From: an uncultured candidate division Zixibacteria bacterium | GTDB lineage: Bacteria; Zixibacteria; MSB-5A5; GN15; FEB-12 | Assembly: GCA_963806185.1 (NCBI GenBank) | Contig: CAWDXE010000007.1 | Span: forward strand, 672,001 to 736,000 | Direction: 5' to 3' | Length of the DNA stretch: 64,000 bases | In this document: in pieces, positions 10,043 to 18,877 of the stretch | Position numbering within the stretch: the stretch's first letter is position 1 | How the letters are laid out: each line of letters begins with the position of its first letter | Program-made: the position numbers and the translations under genes | The notes under the pieces: generated by a model | Databases searched by the model: none | The model's input: the letters and a program-made list of their open reading frames with translations, nothing else | Told to the model about the DNA's origin: nothing

Positions 10043-11254
10043 TCAGTAAATACGGTCGATGAGGCCCACGTCTTGCTGCTTCTGATAAGAGAACTCTCGC
10101 CGCACCCGTCCGAAGGTAAAGCCCAATTGTTCGTACAATGCCGCCTGGGTCAGATCGACATGGCGCTGCTGGATAGCCTCTTTGATCGGCATATAATGGA
10201 TGACCCCGTTGCGGTAACCGGTGACCGTTACCCCCTGCATGCCGTCGAGCAACAGGCAAACGGCGCAGGCGCCCGCCTCCATGCCGAAGTTGGCATCGTA
10301 GGCTGTCGAGATGCCGGACCGAACCAGATGGCTGGGAGTGATTGTCCTGATCTCCGGAAGGTCATATAACCCGGCCACGTACATGCCGCTGTTGTGCATG
10401 AATGAAATCATCTCGGAATCGTCATGCATCATCTTCTTCAGTTCCTGCGCCACGTACTTTCCGGCTCCGGCCAGCTTTTTGTGACCAAAAGTATCCAAAC
10501 CGGCTGAATCGTCATAGAGTTCGCCCCCTGAGGCGTCTTTGAGTCCTTCCGCCACGACAATCGTGTATGTGCCGGCCCGGATGTCGCTCTCAATAATCCG
10601 ACGCGTGTATAGCTTCTTCATATGTCGATACAGTTCGTGGAAATCCACCGGAATCTCCGGAATCAGGATCGCGTCCGCCTCACCGGCGACGCCCCCGCGA
10701 AAGGCCGTATGGCCGGCGTACCGTCCAAATACTTCCACTACGATAATCCGGTTGTGCGTCCGGCCTGTGGTCTTGATGTCACGCAGAAATTCGGCGATCC
10801 GGTTGATGGTCGAATCGCCGCCCACGCTGTAGGGAACCAGATCCAAATCCATGGTCTTGGGCGAGTGTACGCATGGAATGCCCTGAGCATCGAGATCCAG
10901 GATGACTGACCCGGTATCGTCACCGCCGGATATCACGAGACCGCCAATGCCAAACTTGGCCAGGCCGTCCTTGATCCGCTGATACTTGTTCTCATCCTTG
11001 ATCTTGGAGATTTTCACTCGCGAATGACCGGCTTCGGAACCGGCTTGTCCTATGGAGAACGTGTCGACTCGGGAAGGGGAGAGTTCAACGAGATTCTGCA
11101 TTTCAACCAGATTATACAGTCCGGCGTAGCCGTTGGGTATTGCATACGTGGTTACACCTCGGCGCGTGGCCATCTGTGCCGCACCCTTCACTACGGCATT
11201 CAGCCCGCCGCAGTCGCCACCACTGGTGATCAAACCGATTTTCTTCAGAGCCAT
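10043..11254 (-). CDS. pfkA: 6-phosphofructokinase family, probably PPi-dependent
   Basis: TSGGDCGGLN, GGDD and PKT signature, VEVFGRYAG, ILIPE. Confidence 0.9.
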   Translation of the reverse strand: MALKKIGLITSGGDCGGLNAVVKGAAQMATRRGVTTYAIPNGYAGLYNLVEMQNLVELSPSRVDTFSIGQAGSEAGHSRVKISKIKDENKYQRIKDGLAKFGIGGLVISGGDDTGSVILDLDAQGIPCVHSPKTMDLDLVPYSVGGDSTINRIAEFLRDIKTTGRTHNRIIVVEVFGRYAGHTAFRGGVAGEADAILIPEIPVDFHELYRHMKKLYTRRIIESDIRAGTYTIVVAEGLKDASGGELYDDSAGLDTFGHKKLAGAGKYVAQELKKMMHDDSEMISFMHNSGMYVAGLYDLPEIRTITPSHLVRSGISTAYDANFGMEAGACAVCLLLDGMQGVTVTGYRNGVIHYMPIKEAIQQRHVDLTQAALYEQLGFTFGRVRREFSYQKQQDVGLIDRIY

Positions 11255-11422
11255 GATTTTCCTCGATGTTGCTGCCCGTCACGGGGCGATACCCTGGCAC
11301 AAATGTATTTTATGCCATCATGCCGTGCCCCGTCACTCGAAACGGATCGGCGGGTAGTATACGCCGCCCGTCGGGGATAGTCAATATGAGTGGAATTGCC
11401 GAAGAAGAGACTGAACCGGTTC

Positions 11423-11659
11423 TTAACGGTCGGTCAACAATGCACTTCGCCCCCGCGTCACTCTGCCTGAATGAGCCGTGGTTGCCTGGATCAAGACACA
11501 CAGACGGTCACGGATCGGCGCGAATTCAAAATCGACTTGTTCGCCCGATTGCAGCAGTCGGGAGTTGCTCGCGCACACATAGCTACTGCGAAAGCGAAGT
11601 TGATCACCTACCTGCAGGTATATCTGATTCTCCGTGAGTTCGAGAACTCGTCCGCGCAT
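11423..11659 (-). CDS. Small hypothetical protein (78 aa)
   Basis: ATG at 11659 preceded by strong RBS (AGGAGG); beta-strand-like sequence; no family recognised. Confidence 0.45.
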   Translation of the reverse strand: MRGRVLELTENQIYLQVGDQLRFRSSYVCASNSRLLQSGEQVDFEFAPIRDRLCVLIQATTAHSGRVTRGRSALLTDR

Positions 11660-11979
11660 ATACCCTCCTGTCTCCTCGATTCCTTTCACGAACACATTGC
11701 ACGCAGCAAGGCAATGGTCGCCACCGCCGCGCCTTGCATTGGATGTGTGCTTTCAGAGTAAGTTCGATGTTCCAAGCGAAGGAGAAGAATCCGTAGTTGT
11801 ACTATATTTACGTCACACGGGTCGGGCCTGTCAATAGGAATCACGGGGTCGGCGGAGTGTCTCATGCTGTCGGCCGCGTGGCGATTTCGCTGTAGGGAGC
11901 CCGATGTCCCCGCTCATATTGGACTAGACGACTCGCTAAAGTCCTCTAAGCGGAAGGCAAGTCGTTGCAATGGGTCAGT

Positions 11980-11997
11980 TTGTGAAAAAAGTAACTA
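11980..11997. promoter_or_regulatory. Imperfect TTGTG-N8-CACAA-like site upstream of ccm promoter
   Basis: TTGTGAAAAAAGTAACTA; TTGCTT (12016-12021) and TATAAT (12038-12043) promoter elements lie downstream. Confidence 0.45.
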
Positions 11998-12082
11998 ATT
12001 TTGTTTCTTTTTGTGTTGCTTTTTGCGTGGCCGCCTGTATAATGGCCTAGGCGAAATGAGCGAAGGAGTAACAACTTAGCAT

Positions 12083-12736
12083 ATGTGGTGGAAGCTGCTG
12101 TTGTTCGTCGCGATGTCGACGATGATTGTCTTCAGTTTTACGACACCTGCCCCGCAGGCACAGATAGGGGAGTCGAGTCGGATATTCTATTATCATATCC
12201 CGCAGGCCTGGATCTGCGTGATTGCCTTTGCCATTTCCATGATTTACTCCATCAAGTTTCTGAGATCCAAGTCGTTGATCGATGATGACAGGGCCGTTTC
12301 CGCCGCAGCGCTCGGGTTTATGTTTTGCGCTCTGGCTACTGTCTCCGGCTCGATTTTCGCCAAAGTGACTTGGGGCTCGTTCTGGAATTGGGATCCCAGA
12401 GAGACGTCGATATTCGTGCTCCTCCTGATTTATGGCGCCTACTTTGCCCTCAGGGGAGCGGTCGAGGTAGAGGAGAAGCGGGCTAGTTTGGCCGCCGTCT
12501 ACGCGATCTTTGCGTTCGTGACGGTGCCGTTCCTTATTTTTGTGGTGCCCCGGCTGGTGCCCTCGCTGCATCCGGCCGATTCCGTTATCAATAAAGATCT
12601 GAAATTCACCATGGGCGGTTCAGTTCGCCTGATCTTTTTCTCGTCCCTGGTGTTATTTACTGTGTTGTTCCTGTGGTTGTTTTCGTTGGCCAGCCGGGTG
12701 CAAATCCTAACTCGGAAGCAGTTGGAAAGTGAGTAA
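12083..12736 (+). CDS. ccmC: Heme exporter/cytochrome c biogenesis protein CcmC
   Basis: YYHIP, WWD motif WGSFWNWDPRETS, SLHP; first gene of ccm operon. Confidence 0.9.
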   Translation: MWWKLLLFVAMSTMIVFSFTTPAPQAQIGESSRIFYYHIPQAWICVIAFAISMIYSIKFLRSKSLIDDDRAVSAAALGFMFCALATVSGSIFAKVTWGSFWNWDPRETSIFVLLLIYGAYFALRGAVEVEEKRASLAAVYAIFAFVTVPFLIFVVPRLVPSLHPADSVINKDLKFTMGGSVRLIFFSSLVLFTVLFLWLFSLASRVQILTRKQLESE

Positions 12737-12853
12737 ATGATGGACGGTAACTACGTTGCCCTGGGCGTCACGCTGATGGTCTGGATCGGGCTGTTCTTCT
12801 TTGTATTGCGGGTGGATAAAAAGGTGAAGCGACTCGAAGGGAAATCAAAATGA
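12737..12853 (+). CDS. ccmD: CcmD-like small membrane protein (38 aa; not in ORF track)
   Basis: MMDGNYVALGVTLMVWIGLFFFVLRVDKKVKRLEGKSK: single TM plus basic tail, between ccmC and ccmE, ATGA overlap with ccmE. Confidence 0.85.
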   Translation: MMDGNYVALGVTLMVWIGLFFFVLRVDKKVKRLEGKSK

Positions 12854-13296
12854 AGGCGAAATACATAATCGGCAGTGTCATTATTCTCGTCTTCCTGGTC
12901 TGGGGAGCGTCGGCGTTCATGAAGACGACCATCCAGTACGTATCGCTCGATGAAGCTGTCCATGCCAAGCGGACGGTGCAGGTGATGGGGAAGATCGATT
13001 TCAACCGCGTCCAGTACAATGACAAGAATACCCGACTCGAATTTGCCATTTACGATGCCACGGCGAAGGACTCGTCACTCGCCGAACGCATGCCGGTAGT
13101 CTATTACGGCGTGGTCCCGGGGAACTTCGATCAGGCGACTTCGGTCGTGCTGAAAGGGAAACCCGGCACGGACGGGGTCTTCGTCGCCGAGCAGATGCTC
13201 GTGAAATGCCCCTCCAAGTACCAGGGTGAGGGTGGCAGTGAATACCAGGACATGAAGAAGCATGATGAGGCGGTCGGCGGAAAGCAAGGGGTCTGA
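12850..13296 (+). CDS. ccmE: Heme chaperone CcmE, CxxxY variant
   Basis: N-terminal TM, V.Y.GVVPGNF..ATSVVLKG, LVKCPSKY (Cys replaces His). Confidence 0.92.
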   Translation: MKAKYIIGSVIILVFLVWGASAFMKTTIQYVSLDEAVHAKRTVQVMGKIDFNRVQYNDKNTRLEFAIYDATAKDSSLAERMPVVYYGVVPGNFDQATSVVLKGKPGTDGVFVAEQMLVKCPSKYQGEGGSEYQDMKKHDEAVGGKQGV

Positions 13297-13298
13297 CG

Positions 13299-15689
13299 AT
13301 GGGGTTGCAGATCCCCGGCCAACTGCTCATCATCTTTGCACTGGTCGCTAATATCGTCGCCGGAGGATGTTTCTACCTCGTCGCCCGCGGCATGCGGCAC
13401 GTCGAGTCACTGGCCATACGCGCCTACCATGCGCTGGTGATTTCGTCGTTGCTGGCCGGGGCGTGGCTCTATTACCTCTTCTTCTCCGACAACTTCGCCT
13501 TCAAGTATGTGTACGAATATTCCGACCGACACCAGTCGTTCTTCTACACGCTGTCGGCCTTTTGGGGGGGACAGGAAGGCACCTATCTCCTCTGGTTGAT
13601 TCTCAACTGTATGTTCGGGTATCTGGTCCTTCGCTGGGCGGACACGCTCCGCAACTGGGCGATGGTGATCTATTCAGCCATCAATTTGTTCTTTCTCCTG
13701 ATACTCTTGCACTTGTCGCCGTTCGCGCTGCTTTCCTTTGCGGCGCCCGACGGTCTTGGGCTTAATCCCCTTTTGCGGGATCCCTGGATGGTCATCCACC
13801 CGCCGATCGTCTTCATCGGGTACGCGATTGCCTCGGTGCCGTTCAGTCTCGTCATCGCAGCCTTCATCACCAGACAGTATGACGATCTGCCCCGCAAAGT
13901 TTTTCCATGGGTCGCCGTGGCTGCCCTGATGTTGGCCGGCGGCAATATTCTCGGCGGCTACTGGGCCTACAAGACGTTGGGCTGGGGCGGTTTCTGGGCC
14001 TGGGATCCGGTGGAAAACTCGTCGTTCGTCCCATGGATCATTGCCCTGGCGCTTCTGCACGGTTTAATCATCGAGCGAAGAAGCGGTGCCCTGCGTCGCA
14101 CGAACTTGCTTATGGCCGCATTTCTGTTCCTGCTGGTCATCTACGGGACTTTTCTGACTCGTAGCGGCGTGCTGGCCGATTTTTCGGTCCACAGTTTCAC
14201 CGATCTCGGCACCAACCAGTACCTGATTGGATTCATGATCTTCTTTACCCTCCTGACGCTGGTGCTGTTTGCCCTGAGAGCGAGGGAGCTTGGCGGCAAG
14301 CCGATGAATTACGATTTCTACGGTCGCGAGTTTTCACTGTTTGCCGGCATGGTCGTGCTCTTCTTGTTTGGTGTTGTGGTGCTGTTTTGGACTTCGCTGC
14401 CCGTCCTCACCACTTGGTTTACGGATACGCCGCGAGCAGCCGACGTTGCGACCTACAACAGTTTTGCCCAGCCGCTGGCGGTTGTTATCGCCTTGCTGCT
14501 GTGTCTTTCACCCTTCACGACTTTCGCCAACCATAGCACATCGGAGTGGAAGAAGACGTTCTTCATTGCCCTTATGATCGCGCTCGTTCTCGGGTTCGGT
14601 CTCTTCATGGGTATTCTCAAAACTGATTTCGTTTTTGCTGCTGTCTTTGCCCTGGTGACATTGGGACTGGCGATGTTTGCCGCCAGGAGGGAGAACCTTC
14701 GGGTGATCGCCCCGAGCATCATATCGCTGATAGCAGTCGCGGCCATCGCCTGGTTGTTCGAGGTGCGCGATTATATGCAGCTTCTATTTTTCGGCGTGGG
14801 AGCGGCCGCCATCGTCTCCAACTTCATTGTAATCGCTGGCTTCTTCCCGGCGCGTTGGAAGGTTGCCGGGGGACACCTGACTCATATCGGTTTTGGCTTC
14901 ACCATTCTCGGCGTTTTGGCATCCTCGGCGTTCACCACGAGCGAGAAGGTGGTTATCGACAAAGGCAAAACCGGACAGGCGTTCGGTCTCACTGTTCAAT
15001 ACAACGGTCTGGCCGGTGATATGCGCCAGCCCAACAATGAGGTACTGTTGGTTCTCAGCCACGGCACCGATTCCTATGAAGCGCGCCCACAGCTCTATTT
15101 CTCCGAACGTATGCAAGGTACGATGCGGAGGCCGTTCATCGACCGGAGCCTGCTCCAGGATCTGTATCTTGCGCCACAAGAGGTCCAGCAGGACGATCAT
15201 CAGACGTCGGGCGGCATAATTCTGCATAAGGGGGAGTCTCAGCAAGTTGGTGACGTCACCCTTACCTTCCAGGCGTTCGATATGGGTGGTCACGGTACCG
15301 ATACCGGTATGGCCCGCTTCGCCGCCAAGATTGACGTCTTTGCACAGGAGAAGATATCCAGCATTGAGCCGGCGCAAGCTCAGGTTCCCGGACCTGACGG
15401 CCAGCCTGCATTGGTGGCCGTGCCGGATAGTCTCGTCATCGGTGGCCGAACCTACCTGGTGTCGCTCGACCGAATATTGGCCGACCAGGGTGCTGTCCAA
15501 ATATCCATACCTGGGCTTGCTGATATGGGTGGGGGAGAGCGCATCGTGCTGGACATTTCCAAGAAACCACTCATCAGCCTCGTCTGGCTGGGGACCTCGC
15601 TTATCTTGCTTGGATCGCTATTAACCTACTTCCGGCGTCGCGACGAACTGGGTAGACCGGTCATATCCGATTACGCTACAAACAAGTAG
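13299..15689 (+). CDS. ccmF: Cytochrome c heme lyase CcmF
   Basis: WGGQEGT, GLNPLL..WMVIHPP, WGGFWAWDPVEN, LTRSG..SVHSF, HLTHIG. Confidence 0.95.
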   Translation: MGLQIPGQLLIIFALVANIVAGGCFYLVARGMRHVESLAIRAYHALVISSLLAGAWLYYLFFSDNFAFKYVYEYSDRHQSFFYTLSAFWGGQEGTYLLWLILNCMFGYLVLRWADTLRNWAMVIYSAINLFFLLILLHLSPFALLSFAAPDGLGLNPLLRDPWMVIHPPIVFIGYAIASVPFSLVIAAFITRQYDDLPRKVFPWVAVAALMLAGGNILGGYWAYKTLGWGGFWAWDPVENSSFVPWIIALALLHGLIIERRSGALRRTNLLMAAFLFLLVIYGTFLTRSGVLADFSVHSFTDLGTNQYLIGFMIFFTLLTLVLFALRARELGGKPMNYDFYGREFSLFAGMVVLFLFGVVVLFWTSLPVLTTWFTDTPRAADVATYNSFAQPLAVVIALLLCLSPFTTFANHSTSEWKKTFFIALMIALVLGFGLFMGILKTDFVFAAVFALVTLGLAMFAARRENLRVIAPSIISLIAVAAIAWLFEVRDYMQLLFFGVGAAAIVSNFIVIAGFFPARWKVAGGHLTHIGFGFTILGVLASSAFTTSEKVVIDKGKTGQAFGLTVQYNGLAGDMRQPNNEVLLVLSHGTDSYEARPQLYFSERMQGTMRRPFIDRSLLQDLYLAPQEVQQDDHQTSGGIILHKGESQQVGDVTLTFQAFDMGGHGTDTGMARFAAKIDVFAQEKISSIEPAQAQVPGPDGQPALVAVPDSLVIGGRTYLVSLDRILADQGAVQISIPGLADMGGGERIVLDISKKPLISLVWLGTSLILLGSLLTYFRRRDELGRPVISDYATNK

Positions 15690-15744
15690 GGGATGCCGAT
15701 TTTCCTAATTTGACCACAAAGAAGGTCTTGACAATCGATCAAGT

Positions 15745-15762
15745 TTGTGTTTTTTTTCACAA
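15745..15762. promoter_or_regulatory. Palindromic TTGTG-N8-CACAA operator (Rex/CRP-like)
   Basis: TTGTGTTTTTTTTCACAA, overlapping the expected -10 position of a TTGACA -35 box at 15728-15733. Confidence 0.6.
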
Positions 15763-15878
15763 TAATGTTGAATGGATTGCCGACAATTAAGGTAGGTAAT
15801 GTTTAGTTTTACGAATGTGATCGTGGTGCTAAATCCAGTCTTTGGGAGAATCTGGCTGGACAAAAGGTTAGGTGGCAT

Positions 15879-17852
15879 ATGAGACGCAGTTTTGCCCTTT
15901 GGCTTTCCTTTACAACTCTTCTGGTGACGGGGGCTCTGGCGCAGTCAGACAACGAAACCTGTTTGAGTTGTCATGGCGACAATTCTCTGGTCGGCACGGA
16001 TAGCCGCGGAGCCGAGGCGTCGATGTTTGTCACGCAGCAACAGCTGGATTCGTCAGTTCATACCGGGATGGCTTGCGTCGATTGCCATACTGATCTCGCT
16101 GCGGTGTCCGACTTTCCTCACGCCGAGAAGCTCCAACGGGTCGCCTGCGGCACCTGTCACAGCGATATTGCTGACATTTACAAGACTTCTGCACACGGGG
16201 CCGCGGAAAATAATCCAAATGCCGCCACCTGTGCTTCCTGTCACGGAAAGCACAAGATACTTTCGGAGAGAAATCCGGAATCGATGATTGCGGCCCGCAA
16301 CCTGCCGAACACCTGTTCATCGTGTCATTCGAAAATGGTCCTCAAAACGGACCCCGATCTCCGTTTGGCCGATTCCTACGATCGGTATATGCGAGGGATT
16401 CATGCCGAGGGTATTGCCAAGGGAGTCGGTTCGGCGGCCACCTGTAATGATTGCCACGGCATGCATGACCTGAAGAAAGCTTCGGATCCCGACTAGTACC
16501 GTGAACAAGATGAATATTCCGAGACTTGCTCGAAGTGCCACAACGATATCTACATCAAGTACGCGCGCGGTATCCACGGAAAGGCGCTCGAAGCCGGCAT
16601 TCTCGACGCTCCGAACTGCACGGACTGCCACGGCGAGCACGAAATTCTTGAGATCTCCGATCCAAATTCACCGGTCAATGCCGACGAATCTCGCCGACTT
16701 TGTTTGCTCGAAATGCCACAACGATCCGCGCGTGGTCGAGAAGTACGGGTCTGCACAAAGAGAAATTCTCGTCCTACCAGGATTCATATCACGGTCTGGC
16801 TGTGCGCGGAGGCTCGGTTAAAGCCGCCAGTTGCGCCTCGTGTCATCAGGCTCACGACATCTTACCGCGCGCCAACGTAGCATCCTCGGTCAACGACGCA
16901 AATATTGTCAAGACCTGCCAGAAGTGTCACCCCAGGCAAATCTGGCGTTTGCTACCAGTTACTCTCATAATACCGCCGAGATGGAATTCAGCACGCTCGA
17001 CAACACGGTCAAGAACATCTACATCATCGCCATCATCCTGATCATTGGCGGTATGCTTGCGCACAATGCGATCATCGTCTCCCGATTCATTATACAGAAA
17101 CATCGCCAGAACAAAGCGCTGCCGACGGTTGAGCGCTTCACGCCCGGGATGGTCTACCAGCACCTGGTGCTTACCTTTGCGTTCATCACTCTGGTGATTA
17201 CCGGGTTTGCCCTTCGCTACCCGAACGAGTGGTGGGTGAAAGGGCTGAACTCCGTCGGTATCCACGAGGATGTCCGGTCGGTCATTCACCGAATCGCTGC
17301 CGTTTTCCTGTGCTACATCTCGCTCCACCACGCGCTATTTCTGATCTTCTCGCGCCGCGGACAGAATCGAATTGAAGGCATTCTGGCCCACCAAGCAGGA
17401 CATTGTTGATGTCATGCCAGAACATGAAATTCTATCTCGGCCTCAGCAAGACAGCATCCGAAGTTCGACCGGTTTGACTATACGGAAAAGGCCGAGTACT
17501 GGGCCCTGGTCTGGGGTACGCTGATCATGGCCTTGACCGGTTTCATCCTTTGGTTCCCGACCTTCTTTACCGGGTTCATGCCGGCCTGGACTGGTGCGGA
17601 TTGCCGAGACCGTCCACTTGTACGAGGCGTGGCTTGCCACCTTGGCGATCGCAGTCTTCCACTTCTTCTTTGTTGTGTTCCATCCGGATCAGTACCCGAT
17701 GTCACTTGACCTGGATTACTGGACAGATGACTATCGACTCCTGCAAGGAGCATCATCCGGCCTGGTACGAACGGATTGCGAAAGAGAAGCAGTCAAAGGT
17801 GGCTCAGCCGAGCGACCTGCCTCCAAGGGTGAAGAGATACACAAGTAGTTGA
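15879..17852 (+). CDS. CbcL-like multiheme cytochrome c (11 CxxCH) fused to FdnI/HydC-type cytochrome b; broken by about 10 single-base indels
   Basis: Joining frames gives signal peptide, CLSCH, CVDCH, CGTCH, CASCH, CSSCH, CNDCH, CSKCH, CTDCH, CSKCH, CASCH, CQKCH, then TM domain with QH, IHRIAA, FDYTEKAEYWALVWG, VHLYEA, FHFF, EHHP. Confidence 0.8.
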
Positions 17853-18148
17853 TCTTCTCTAAAAAGCCTCCTATCCCCGCCCGAACCGGTATTCACATGA
17901 GCCGCTCAGGCGGCGGTCATTTTACTCCGGAATGCAAAAATCCGAGCCGGCTGCCAGAGGAACTCGTTGTACCGACCAATACTATAATAGGCTATTGGTT
18001 GGCGCATGCGGCGCCTTGACAGGCACATCCCTAAAACCTATTTTGGCCGTCCTATGCGCTGAACCGATAAACTGTTGACTGTGACCGGAACTTTCCGGCC
18101 GTATCGACAGCATGAGGGAGATCAGTATGGGAGATTTCGCGTAATGCG

Positions 18149-18877
18149 ATGATTGAGGCCCGTGGGCTGAGCAAGTTCTACGGACCATTTGTCGCCATCA
18201 AAGACATTTCGTTCGCCATCCCCAAGGGTCAGATTGTCGCCTTTCTCGGTCCAAACGGGGCGGGCAAGACCACCACGATGAAGATCCTGACCGGGTATTT
18301 GTCCCCAGCGAAGGATCGGCCGCCATCGCCGGCCTGGATATCCGCACCCAACGACTGGAGGCAGCCAGGCGTCTGGGCTATCTTCCGGAAAACGGTCCAC
18401 TCTATGACGAGATGACCCCGCTGGAATTGCTCCGGTTCTTCGGCGAAGTTCGCTGCCTCTCCGGCTCGCACCTCCAGGGGAGAATCGACACTGTCATTCA
18501 CCAGTGTGCCCTTCAGCAGGTAGTCGAAAAACCGATCGGCAAGCTGTCGCGCGGGTACCGGCAACGCGTTGGTCTGGCTCAGGCGCTGCTTCACGATCCG
18601 GAGGTGCTCATCATGGATGAACCAACAGCCGGTCTGGACCCCAATCAAATCCGTGAGTTCCGTGCCAACATCGTCGAATTGGGGAAACTGAAGACAATTC
18701 TGCTTGTCGACTCACATTCTCCAGGAAGTGACGGCGGTGGCTGATCGGGTGATATTGGTCAATGAAGGGCGATTGGTGTTTGACGGCACGCCGACCGACC
18801 TTACCCAAGACGGGTCGATCGAGGCGACCTTCTACCGTCTCACCGGAAGCGCCGGGGCGGTCGGGGAGGCAGTATGA
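18149..18877 (+). CDS. ABC transporter ATP-binding protein (GldA-like), two frameshifts (~18305, ~18705)
   Basis: Walker [20 protein letters not shown] in shifted frame, [18 protein letters not shown] in shifted frame; TGA overlaps next ATG. Confidence 0.85.

Noticed and set aside
16494..16496. TAG readthrough in the multiheme gene
   Set aside because: Downstream homology continues in another frame (DPTSTVNK), explained by one extra C in a C run
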